A stretch of DNA of 64,000 nucleotides from Patescibacteria group bacterium (lineage in GTDB: Bacteria > Patescibacteriota > Minisyncoccia > Phycocordibacterales > UBA9973), in the NCBI GenBank assembly GCA_038063635.1, contig JBBTUS010000006.1, positions 13,500 through 77,499 of the forward strand. Reading direction: 5' to 3'. Position numbers and translations under genes: made by a program. The first letter of the stretch is position 1. The number at the start of each line of letters is the position of its first letter. Positions 46,954 through 55,623 of the stretch are shown here, piece by piece. The notes beneath the pieces are model-generated. The model was not told the origin of the DNA. It searched no databases and saw only the letters and a list, made by a program, of their open reading frames with translations.

Positions 46954-47475
46954 ATGTCAAGAAAAATGGATTATTCTAATAAGATATTAAAGATTTTGGC
47001 CGAAAAACCAGTTGTTTCAGTTGAATCAATAAAAAGTGAGGATCCTAAGAAAAATTATGCTTTTGCTCGTTCAATAAAAAATTTAGTTGAATCAGGATGC
47101 ATTGAAATGCTTCAGTCTGATAATCAAACTTATTTAAAAATAACTAAAAAAGGTAAAGGCAAATTAAATTGTATAAAACTAGAGGGTGAAGAAGCGCTTG
47201 TGTCTAATACTTGGGATGGATTTTGGAGAATTATAATTTTAGATATTCCCGAAAACAGAAAACCGGAACGCGAAGCATTGCGTTATCTTTTAAAGAAAGC
47301 GAATTTTATTTGCGTAAAAAATACCGTATGGATTTCTCCTTATCCTTACGAAAATCTTTTTACAAACATTAAAAAAGATTTAGGTTTGGGAACTGAACTA
47401 ATGATTATAGTGACAAACAAGCTGGATTCAGAAACAAATTCAGCATTTTTAAAAAATGTAAATAAAATTCAGTAA
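46954..47475 (+). CDS. PaaX-like transcriptional regulator (wHTH plus Cas2-like ferredoxin fold)
   Basis: wHTH '...LVESG.I......YLKITKKG' then WDGFWRIIILDIPE..K..R..LR..L....F....NTVWISPY. Confidence 0.78.
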   Translation: MSRKMDYSNKILKILAEKPVVSVESIKSEDPKKNYAFARSIKNLVESGCIEMLQSDNQTYLKITKKGKGKLNCIKLEGEEALVSNTWDGFWRIIILDIPENRKPEREALRYLLKKANFICVKNTVWISPYPYENLFTNIKKDLGLGTELMIIVTNKLDSETNSAFLKNVNKIQ

Positions 47476-49145
47476 ATTTCTTTATTGTAACAACTTTCGC
47501 AATAAATTATTTCTTTTCGGTCTGGAGAATAACTTGTTTCAAATTCATTAGAACAACCTTCTTTCATGCATTTTCGGTGCCAAAGTTTGCGAGGCAGACG
47601 AATTGCAAAACGTTTTTTATATCTGCATTCTGGACAAAAATGCGGTAATGGAATATTTTCTTTTTTATAAAATGCTAATTCGTCTTTTGTTATATTATAA
47701 TTTTTTTTACATTTATCACACGCTAAAACAGCCATTAAAATTTCATCATTAATATCTTTAATATCATCTGGGATATTTTCTAGTTTAACGGTTTCTTTTC
47801 CAAAAATTCCCGGAATCTTATCTTCCCATTTCCACCCGCGAGAAAGAATAGTTTCTTTCTCTTCCGGCATATAATAATTTCCCTGAGTTTCGTTATAACA
47901 AACAGGAGAAATAGATGGTGGAAAAAATTCTCCATACTCCCCTGTTTTCTTCATATGTTCTATTATTTTTTCTTTCAATTCCAAATATTCTTCTTTTGAA
48001 TATTTTTTATTAAAAATCATATACTCCCCTTTTTTAATTGAAATACACCCAAAAAGGTTTTGACAATTCTGACAAGAGTCCGAATATTCTATATCTCTAT
48101 TGTCATAACAAAGATGACAAAATTTACTGTTATATAAACCTTTGCATCCGTGAATTTCATACGACAATTCCGTACCCCAACCCACATGATACAAATCCAT
48201 TGAAGATTTTAAGGAAACAGATGCGTAAATATTTTTTGTATCTTCAAGCATTTCCACATCAAAACTATTTATTGAATTCTTACTATTAAATATCATATTG
48301 CCGGTACAATTAATATTGCGTTCGCTTATCACGTAGCGATGAATAGAATCCTTAATCATTAAATCAAAAAATTCTTGTTTTAACTTCTCACGAACATTAT
48401 AAGAACCTAAATTATATTCTTTTATTTTTTCTAAATAAGCCTCACGAGAATATTGTTTATTTTTAAAAACATATTTTTTATTGCGCAAATTAGACGATAA
48501 AAAACAATCATTGCAGTTACGACAATCGTAACAATAATAGCAATTTACGCAATTTTCCAATAAAAAACCAAATTGGCATTGATATGATTTTCTTGAATCA
48601 ATACATTCATAAAGTTTTTCTCCGCTGTCATATATATAACTGCAATCCATGCAGTTTCTAGATTTCATTATCCAAGTTGAATAAAGTACATCTTCAGTAT
48701 TGAAACAGCTAAAAGATAAATAAGCATTTTTGTCATCTCCGGAATGATTGGCATAATCCGAATTAATGCTATTTTTACTCAAAAGGGCTACACGAGGAAC
48801 TTCAAGCTGTAATTCATGATATTGTTCAAAAAATGACCTGGAAAAATCAAAATCACGTCCATAAACAGCAGGGTCCCAGTTATCTCCCCACCAGCATTTC
48901 AAACAATAAACTTTTAATAATTTATTTGGAGAATAAACGGTAACAATGCTTTTATTGCACAAGTCGCAGTCTCGCCTATATAAAGTTCTTTCGTTTCGCC
49001 AAGCATAACGACGTTGTTGACGACAATTCGGACACCACAAAGGCGGTGGAACTTTTATTTTTTCATAAAAATCAAAATCTTCAGGTTCTATTGTAAAATC
49101 TTTTTTGCAATTCTGGCAATTTTTATTTTTCTGTTGTTGGCTCAT
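47469..49145 (-). CDS. Cys-rich multi-zinc-ribbon protein, paralog 3
   Basis: CQNCKKDF.IEPED..FYEKIKVPPP.WCPNCR; NCVNCYYCYDCRNCNDC; likely start ATG 49145 overlaps the grpE end. Confidence 0.85.
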   Translation of the reverse strand: MSQQQKNKNCQNCKKDFTIEPEDFDFYEKIKVPPPLWCPNCRQQRRYAWRNERTLYRRDCDLCNKSIVTVYSPNKLLKVYCLKCWWGDNWDPAVYGRDFDFSRSFFEQYHELQLEVPRVALLSKNSINSDYANHSGDDKNAYLSFSCFNTEDVLYSTWIMKSRNCMDCSYIYDSGEKLYECIDSRKSYQCQFGFLLENCVNCYYCYDCRNCNDCFLSSNLRNKKYVFKNKQYSREAYLEKIKEYNLGSYNVREKLKQEFFDLMIKDSIHRYVISERNINCTGNMIFNSKNSINSFDVEMLEDTKNIYASVSLKSSMDLYHVGWGTELSYEIHGCKGLYNSKFCHLCYDNRDIEYSDSCQNCQNLFGCISIKKGEYMIFNKKYSKEEYLELKEKIIEHMKKTGEYGEFFPPSISPVCYNETQGNYYMPEEKETILSRGWKWEDKIPGIFGKETVKLENIPDDIKDINDEILMAVLACDKCKKNYNITKDELAFYKKENIPLPHFCPECRYKKRFAIRLPRKLWHRKCMKEGCSNEFETSYSPDRKEIIYCESCYNKEIY

Positions 49146-49731
49146 TATATTCAAAGACATTTACTTGAGCAACACGTATCACGTGATTATCAAGTTTATA
49201 TCCTTTTTGAACAACTTCACAAACTTTATGGTCTTCTTCTTTTTTATCAGTCGGTATTGCCTTTATTGATTGGTGAATATTAGGGTCAAAATTCTCACCT
49301 GCCTCGCCTATCGGTTTTACTCCATATTCTTCAAAGATTGTATTTATTTGAGTATAAATATGTTCAACTCCCCTTCTCCAACTTTCATCTACTTTTTCCC
49401 AAGCTTCTTTGTTTGAAAACGCCATATTAAAACTGTCTAAAACACTCAAAAAACTAAAAAGAATACGCTCGCGCACTGCTTCTGAAAAATTTATTTTTCT
49501 ATCTTCTTCTTGTTTTTTATAATTGGTAAATTCTGCTCGCTCTTTTTGCCAGCCAGTCAAATATTCTTCTTTCTCAGTCTTGCACGCTTTTAAATCAACC
49601 CTCAATTTTTTAAGGGTTTTCTTTAAATCTTCCTCTCCGTTTTCATTAAATTCAAATTCAAGAACTTCAGATTCGTTTTTTTCTTCCGTTGGTTCCGAAA
49701 CTTCAGATTTTTCTTCTTCATTATCTGCCAT
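49123..49731 (-). CDS. grpE: Nucleotide exchange factor GrpE
   Basis: RAEF.NYKK, FDPNIH, VVQKGYKL...VIR.A.V. Confidence 0.93.
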   Translation of the reverse strand: MADNEEEKSEVSEPTEEKNESEVLEFEFNENGEEDLKKTLKKLRVDLKACKTEKEEYLTGWQKERAEFTNYKKQEEDRKINFSEAVRERILFSFLSVLDSFNMAFSNKEAWEKVDESWRRGVEHIYTQINTIFEEYGVKPIGEAGENFDPNIHQSIKAIPTDKKEEDHKVCEVVQKGYKLDNHVIRVAQVNVFEYNEPTTEK

Positions 49732-49880
49732 AAATATATATTATCATAAATCTAATAAAAATAATGTTTTTAAGGGGTTTGCCGAGTGACGACGAGGCAA
49801 TTTCAGGATTTTTTAAGCTTCAAAAAATCCGTACCGACAAAAACATTATTCTTGATTTTTATTTTTAAAAACACAACTAA

Positions 49881-50387
49881 CTAACGTTTGCTCCATTGTG
49901 GGGCTTTTCTTGCCTTTTTAAGTCCGAATTTTCTTCGCTCTTTAGCCCTTCCATCACGCTTTAAAAATCCTAATGTTTTTAATTTTGCGCGAAGTTCGCC
50001 ATCTGATTCCACTAAAGCTCTAGTAAGCCCATGGCGTACTGCTTCAGATTGAGAGTGAATTCCACCTCCAGAAACTCTTGCTTCAATGCTCCATTTTGAC
50101 CCAGGCTTACCCTTAGTAATCGGGTCTGTAATCAAGCGACGCTGTTCTTCTGTTTTAAAATAATCTTTTGCATCTTTTCCATTTACAACAAAACTTGTTT
50201 TAGCAGATTCATAAATACGAACTCTGGCCGTAGAAGTTTTTCTTCTGCCTATTGCTTCAATATATTTTTCCCCGCCTGCCTGCCCGACACGCTGACGCGA
50301 GTCATATGGGCGAGCATCAGCTATGCTGAAAGCATTGCGGGCAGGTTTTGTTGTTGTTTTGTTGTCATCTATCATAATATTATTCAT
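49881..50387 (-). CDS. rpsI: 30S ribosomal protein S9 with N-terminal repeat-derived insertion
   Basis: GRRKTSTARV, GGG..SQ.EAVRHG, RD.R.KERRK.GLKKARKAPQWSKR. Confidence 0.97.
   Translation of the reverse strand: MNNIMIDDNKTTTKPARNAFSIADARPYDSRQRVGQAGGEKYIEAIGRRKTSTARVRIYESAKTSFVVNGKDAKDYFKTEEQRRLITDPITKGKPGSKWSIEARVSGGGIHSQSEAVRHGLTRALVESDGELRAKLKTLGFLKRDGRAKERRKFGLKKARKAPQWSKR
50266..50350 (-). repeat. ~84-bp in-frame composite palindromic element, copy 2
   Basis: Encodes KPARNAFSIADARPYDSRQRVGQAGGEK; matches 42913..42998. Confidence 0.9.
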
Positions 50388-50743
50388 TAATTTTCTATTT
50401 TTAAATTTTTCATCATTTCTCTTCTTATTTTATTTCCTGGAAGCATTTGAAAAACAGCGTGCTTTAATAATTCACTCATTCCTTTTTTTTCAACAGTTTC
50501 TGTACCTTTTAATAGACGAAGTCCTCCTCTGTGACCTGAATATCTTTTATGGACAATGCTGTCTAATTTTTTTGCCGTTATTTTAATTTTTGATACATTT
50601 ATAACTTTAACTGGAACGCCAGAATAAACATTTCTTTCAAATGTTACTTTTGTTTTACCCATCAAAGACATTGCTGCCACGGAAGCCACTCTTCCTAGTG
50701 TCATATCTTGCGCGTCTATTATTTTTGTATCATTTTTTACCAT
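50387..50743 (-). CDS. rplM: 50S ribosomal protein L13
   Basis: IDA....LGRVAS..A..L.GK, YSGHRGGL, AV..MLP.N. Confidence 0.93.
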   Translation of the reverse strand: MVKNDTKIIDAQDMTLGRVASVAAMSLMGKTKVTFERNVYSGVPVKVINVSKIKITAKKLDSIVHKRYSGHRGGLRLLKGTETVEKKGMSELLKHAVFQMLPGNKIRREMMKNLKIEN

Positions 50744-50841
50744 ATATTTTTATCCGCCTAAATTTTAAATATTTTTTCTTTTTTATTATTCTACTTAATT
50801 TTTGTAAAAAATTTTGGCGGATGAATTAAAATAATTATTTT

Positions 50842-51195
50842 CTAAACAAATTCAATAATTGCCATTTTGGCTCCATCTGACTTTCTAACTCCCATTTTTA
50901 TAATTCTGGTGTATCCTCCTTTTTTATCTTTATATTTAGGCGCAATAACATCAAAAAGTTTTTTTACTTCTTTCTTGCGATTTGAAAGTTTTGAAACTAT
51001 CAACTTTTTACTTTCCAGATTATTTCTTTTTGCGGAAGTTATAATCTTTTCAATAAAAGGTCGCAATTCTTTTGCTTTTGGCTCAGTTGTTTTTATTTTT
51101 TCTCGTATAATTAAGTTAAGCGCTAAAGAATTAATCAAAGCATTTCTTTGATTCTTCCTTCTACCAAATTTTCTTTTAGAATTATGATGTCGCAT
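50842..51195 (-). CDS. rplQ: 50S ribosomal protein L17
   Basis: MRH....KFGR, IKTT..KAKELR, GGYTRI.K...R.SDGA.MA.IE. Confidence 0.97.
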   Translation of the reverse strand: MRHHNSKRKFGRRKNQRNALINSLALNLIIREKIKTTEPKAKELRPFIEKIITSAKRNNLESKKLIVSKLSNRKKEVKKLFDVIAPKYKDKKGGYTRIIKMGVRKSDGAKMAIIEFV

Positions 51196-51206
51196 ATATT
51201 ATAAAA

Positions 51207-52184
51207 TTATTCTTTCAAATTAAGACCAAACTTGCCAAGCACTTTTTTAATTTCAGCAATCCCCTTTTCTCCCATGCCTTCAACCTCAAGCAAATCTTCT
51301 CGCTTCTTTCTAGCTAGACCCCCAAGAGTTCTAATGTTTGCAAAAGTAAGAGCGTTTAAAGTCCTTGTTGAAAGTTCAAGATTGTCTATACGAGTTTTTA
51401 AAACATCAATAAAACTATCTTCTTTCTTTTCATTTTCCTCTTTTTTATCTTCAATTTTTACAACTTTTTTATCAATAATTAATTCTTCTTCAGGCTCTAT
51501 ATAATCAACAATGGCCTTCAGCTGATTAATCATTATTTCAATAGAATTTGAAAGAGCTTCGCGGGGAGTCAATGTGCCATCTGTTTCTATCACTATTCTT
51601 AAACGATTATGGTTAGTTTTTTCGCCAACACGCATATTTTCAACTTCATAAGAAACCCTGCGAACTGGAGTAAATATAGCGTCAACAGCAATAGTGCCTA
51701 TGTCAACTTTTTCTTTTCGTAAAACTTCTTTCGGAACAAAACCAAGGCCTTTTTCAAGTCTCATTTCAATATTTAAATTTATTTTTCCTGTAATTTCTGC
51801 AATATAAAGTTCTGGATTTAATATTTCAACTTGTCCGCCAATTTTTATGTCTCCGGCAGTAACCTGTTTTGGACCCTTAACTAATAAATTAACTGTTTGA
51901 GGTTCATCAGAAATCATTTTAAAATGAGTCTTTTTTAAATTTAAAATAATCGCGATTACGTCTTCTTTGACTCCATCTATGGTTGCAAATTCATGAGAAA
52001 CACCGTCTATTTTTATCGATACTACACTAGTACCCGGTAAAGAAGAAAGAATTATTCTTCTAAGACTATTTCCTAAAGTATGACCATATCCAGGATATAA
52101 ACCATCTATTTCAAATATTCCCTTGTTGCCTTCTTCTAAAACTACACGAGGCTTTGAAGGCATAATTATTTTATATTCAGGCAT
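51207..52184 (-). CDS. rpoA: RNA polymerase subunit alpha
   Basis: GYGHTLGNSLRRIILSSLPG, HEF..I.GVKED, DAIFTPV, alpha-CTD LSTR..NAL. Confidence 0.97.
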   Translation of the reverse strand: MPEYKIIMPSKPRVVLEEGNKGIFEIDGLYPGYGHTLGNSLRRIILSSLPGTSVVSIKIDGVSHEFATIDGVKEDVIAIILNLKKTHFKMISDEPQTVNLLVKGPKQVTAGDIKIGGQVEILNPELYIAEITGKINLNIEMRLEKGLGFVPKEVLRKEKVDIGTIAVDAIFTPVRRVSYEVENMRVGEKTNHNRLRIVIETDGTLTPREALSNSIEIMINQLKAIVDYIEPEEELIIDKKVVKIEDKKEENEKKEDSFIDVLKTRIDNLELSTRTLNALTFANIRTLGGLARKKREDLLEVEGMGEKGIAEIKKVLGKFGLNLKE

Positions 52185-52255
52185 ATTTTTATATAAAAAT
52201 TACTGTTAGTTTTAATAATACTTGTCCCGCTAACAGCGGGGAATAAATAATAATG

Positions 52256-52858
52256 TTAACGACTATAAAATTCTAAGACGACATTTAAATCAAGAAAAGT
52301 TTCTGTATTTTTGGGCTTATCTAAAATTTTTCCTTCAATCTTTGCAATATCAAATGAAATCCAATCCGGCGCTTTATATTCTTTTAATCTTTCAGCTAAA
52401 TTATCAAAAATTTTCTTTGCCTTTGATCCTTCACGAATTTTTATAATATCTCCAATTTTAACCTGATATGAAGGAATAGTAACCCTACGGTCATTTACTA
52501 AAAAGTGCCCATGAGAAACCATCTGTCTGGCTGCGCGGCGGCTATTTCCTAAACCCATGCGATAAACAACATTATCCAGACGTGACTCAAGTTCTTCATG
52601 AAATTTTTCAGCTGTACGGGCGCCTTTTACCAGAAAAGCTTTTTTCACATAATTTGAAAGTTGTCTTTCGGTTATACCATAAGAAAATCGGATTTTTTGT
52701 TTTTCATTAAGCTGAGTTCCATATTCTGAAAGGGCTTTTGGACGACGAGCGCCTGGCTTAAAACTTGCGGCTGCAACAGTAAATTTATTAGTCTGACATT
52801 TATCGAAGACTCCTGCGCCTAATCTTTTACAAATTTTAAATTTTGGTTTTGATATCAT
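52256..52858 (-). CDS. rpsD: 30S ribosomal protein S4
   Basis: SEYG.QL.EKQK, LESRLDNVVYR.G, ARQ.VSHGH, EFYSR. Confidence 0.97.
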   Translation of the reverse strand: MISKPKFKICKRLGAGVFDKCQTNKFTVAAASFKPGARRPKALSEYGTQLNEKQKIRFSYGITERQLSNYVKKAFLVKGARTAEKFHEELESRLDNVVYRMGLGNSRRAARQMVSHGHFLVNDRRVTIPSYQVKIGDIIKIREGSKAKKIFDNLAERLKEYKAPDWISFDIAKIEGKILDKPKNTETFLDLNVVLEFYSR

Positions 52859-52872
52859 GTTTTAAAAAAAAA

Positions 52873-53310
52873 TTATACTCTTCTTGGTTTCTTTGGTTTT
52901 GGACCATTATGCGGTACAGGAGTAACATCTTTTATGGAAGTGATTTCAATTCCATAAGCCATAAAAGCCCTAATTGCGGGTTCACGGCCAGAACCAACGC
53001 CTTTTACAATAACATCAGCATCTTTTACTCCAAGCGTGATTGCTTTATTTCCAATAACATCACCAACTTTTGAAGCGGCAAAAGGAGTTCCCTTTTTTGC
53101 TCCTCTAAAACCCATAGCTCCAGCGCTAGATGCAAATAATACGTTACCTTTCTTGTCAGAAAATAAAATTTTAGTATTGTTGAAAGTAGCGTCAATATGA
53201 ATAATGCCAGAACTTATTTTCTTTTTAGGAAGCCTGGATGAAATTGCTTTTACTTCTTCCGCTTTTTTAATTTCTGTATTTGATTCTTTTGTAATTTTTG
53301 TTTTTCCCAT
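52873..53310 (-). CDS. rpsK: 30S ribosomal protein S11
   Basis: ATFNNT, GF.GAKKGTPFAA, G.G.GRE, DVTPVPHNG. Confidence 0.97.
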   Translation of the reverse strand: MGKTKITKESNTEIKKAEEVKAISSRLPKKKISSGIIHIDATFNNTKILFSDKKGNVLFASSAGAMGFRGAKKGTPFAASKVGDVIGNKAITLGVKDADVIVKGVGSGREPAIRAFMAYGIEITSIKDVTPVPHNGPKPKKPRRV

Positions 53311-53393
53311 TTTTATCCGCCTAAATTTTTTAATAATACTTTAACACTTTACCCACCTTATTTTTTCAAAAAAATTTTGGTGGATAAAATTAA

Positions 53394-53774
53394 TTATGTT
53401 TTGCTTTCTTTTCTTTTACCTGATGCCATTGTTTTTCGAACATTTCCCCTTATAGTTCTTGAATTGGTCTTAGTTCTTTGCCCGCGTACCGGCAATCTTC
53501 TCATATGGCGAACACCTTTATATGCCTTTATGTCTTTTAGTCTTTTTATATTAGCAGAAACTTCTCTCTTTAAATTTCCTTCTATATTCATTCCTTCTAT
53601 AATTGCGCGTATTTTATTTTCTTCATCAGGAATTAAATCTTTGGCATGTTTGCCGCGCTCTATGCCAACTTTATCTAGAATTTTACGAGCAGATGAAATA
53701 CCTATGCCGTATATATAAGTTAAGCCAATCTCAAGTCTCTTTTCATCTGGTACTGTTATTCCAAGAATTCTCAT
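53394..53774 (-). CDS. rpsM: 30S ribosomal protein S13
   Basis: LTYIYGIG, EG.L.RE, LPVRGQRTKTNSRT. Confidence 0.97.
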   Translation of the reverse strand: MRILGITVPDEKRLEIGLTYIYGIGISSARKILDKVGIERGKHAKDLIPDEENKIRAIIEGMNIEGNLKREVSANIKRLKDIKAYKGVRHMRRLPVRGQRTKTNSRTIRGNVRKTMASGKRKESKT

Positions 53775-53777
53775 AAA

Positions 53778-53888
53778 TTATTGTTTTTGTTTGTGTTTGG
53801 GATTTGAACAAATAATCCTTAAATGCCTTTGGCGTTTAATCATTTTACATTTATCACAAATTTTTTTGACTGATGCTTTTATTTTCAT
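53778..53888 (-). CDS. rpmJ: 50S ribosomal protein L36 (absent from the ORF track because of its size)
   Basis: [36 protein letters not shown], between infA and rpsM. Confidence 0.95.
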   Translation of the reverse strand: MKIKASVKKICDKCKMIKRQRHLRIICSNPKHKQKQ

Positions 53889-53997
53889 AAAAATAGTTCT
53901 ACCCAAAACAAAACAAAAACAAAGGGGAAACCCTTATTTTTAAATGTTTATAATCTTTTTAAACTGTACTTTCCATAATACACCATTATCAAAAAAT

Positions 53998-54249
53998 TTA
54001 CAACCTTTTTACAATTCTTCCTTTTCCGCCATATGGATCTAATACCACTTCAACAGAATCTCCAATTAAAACCTTAATTCGGTGCATTCTCATTTTTCCC
54101 GAAAGATATGCAAGAATTTCTCTATCATCTCCGTTTGCTCTCTCTTGAGAGCCGGCAGGTTCTAATTTTACCTTAAATAAAGTACTAGGCAACGCTTCGG
54201 TAACAAAACCGCGCACTGTTAATATTTTTTCGTTTTTTGGATCACTCAT
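53998..54249 (-). CDS. infA: Translation initiation factor IF-1
   Basis: G.VTEALP...F.V.L...ILAYLSGKMRMHRI.VL.GD.V.V...PY...GRI..R. Confidence 0.95.
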   Translation of the reverse strand: MSDPKNEKILTVRGFVTEALPSTLFKVKLEPAGSQERANGDDREILAYLSGKMRMHRIKVLIGDSVEVVLDPYGGKGRIVKRL

Positions 54250-54348
54250 TAAGATACCTAATCCTACTAAATTTATAACTTTAAGTCAACTCAAAATAAG
54301 TTTTCAAAATTTTCTTTACTTGTCGACGCGGCAGGTTGACAAGTTTTT

Positions 54349-55620
54349 CTATTTTGGATAATTTACGATAACTTTTATGTTTTTGCTTTTTTCTGGAAAA
54401 GATAATTTCCAGATTGGCCTAATAGACAATGAAGCTGAATCTATATTTTGATACTGGGATAATATTTGATTAAAATCTTTTTTATTTTTACCCGGAAGCT
54501 CAGAAACTAATTTTGTTGAGTCAAATTTATAAACAACTTTTTGTACGCCATAAATATTAAAATCTATGCTTGTCACATCATTAAAAATGATGCCTTCCTT
54601 ATTAGAAAGAGCAAATGTTAAATCTTTAATATTTGATATATAAACTTCACTTCCATCATAATCTGGAATAAAAAATTCAACAATTTTTTTGGTTAATTTC
54701 TTTTCATTAAAAATAAATCCATAAAGCGTGCCTTGAACATTGATTGTTATAGATCCATCTGGAGACGTTGGACTAATATCACTGTCATCAATATTAAAAA
54801 AAGTAGCATCTTTAAACAATACAAATCCTTCTGGAATTTGACTCACAACTTTATTAAAAAGTTTATTTTCTAAACTAGTTTTTAATTCTTTTTCTGCTAT
54901 TGTTTTTTGTATATCGGTAATTTGGCGGGATTTACCGATAAATCCACCTGTTATATCCCCCACTGATCTGCCGTCAAACTTTGAATATTTGGACGTTCCT
55001 TTAAAACCAAATATTTTAAAATCTAGCGGAATGCTATTATATTCCTCTCCTGGGGCTAAAGCATAAATATCAACGCTTACTTTTCCGGGAGTGCCGTCTT
55101 TATTCATTCCGGGAATTACTGTCTTTGTTTTTGTTTTATAAATTTTACTATTTGATCCTTCAAGTCGCGTATTTATCAAAAGCAACTGAGGCGAAGAGCT
55201 AAATTTATTGTAAAGAAGGACCTTACCTTTTGCGCTTTCTTTCAAATCTTTTTCTTCTCCGCCTTTAATTAATCTGGATTCTTGGTCGGAAAGCACTACA
55301 AGGTCAAAGGATAGTTTGTCGGTGTTTGAATCTTTTACGGCAGATAAATTCTGATTTAATGATAAAGTTTTTATTTTTGGATTAATTGTAACTGTAGCTT
55401 TGGAAAACAAAAATGATAAAGCAAAAAAAAGAAAAATCAAAGAGATTAGCGCTACAATCCAAAGCGTATAACGAGAACCTTTTATTTTTTGTTCTTCATT
55501 ATTATTAATATTCGCCTCATTAATTTTAGATACGGCAGGAATATATTTATTAAGAATTTTATTTCTTTTAGTTGTTTCTATTTTTTTTATATCTTGAAGT
55601 AAATTTCTAGGCATAAGCAT
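54349..55620 (-). CDS. Single-TM hypothetical protein (baseplate-J-like beta domains, tentative)
   Basis: TM then 'ATVTINPK', 'A.G.V.LYN...Q.L...TRL', 'A..PGEEYN', 'ITGG'. Confidence 0.6.
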   Translation of the reverse strand: MLMPRNLLQDIKKIETTKRNKILNKYIPAVSKINEANINNNEEQKIKGSRYTLWIVALISLIFLFFALSFLFSKATVTINPKIKTLSLNQNLSAVKDSNTDKLSFDLVVLSDQESRLIKGGEEKDLKESAKGKVLLYNKFSSSPQLLLINTRLEGSNSKIYKTKTKTVIPGMNKDGTPGKVSVDIYALAPGEEYNSIPLDFKIFGFKGTSKYSKFDGRSVGDITGGFIGKSRQITDIQKTIAEKELKTSLENKLFNKVVSQIPEGFVLFKDATFFNIDDSDISPTSPDGSITINVQGTLYGFIFNEKKLTKKIVEFFIPDYDGSEVYISNIKDLTFALSNKEGIIFNDVTSIDFNIYGVQKVVYKFDSTKLVSELPGKNKKDFNQILSQYQNIDSASLSIRPIWKLSFPEKSKNIKVIVNYPK

Positions 55621-55623
55621 GTT

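Noticed and set aside
46954-47475. Cas2 / CRISPR-Cas system
   Set aside because: The Cas2-like fold is fused to a wHTH as in PaaX; no cas1 and no regularly spaced repeat-spacer array is visible in the window.
38604-49145. Diversity-generating retroelement acting on the Cys-rich paralogs
   Set aside because: No reverse transcriptase and no template/variable repeat pair differing only at adenines; the similarity is ordinary paralogy.
54349-55620. Phage tail or contractile injection system
   Set aside because: Only one tentative baseplate-like, TM-anchored ORF; no sheath, tube or spike genes.
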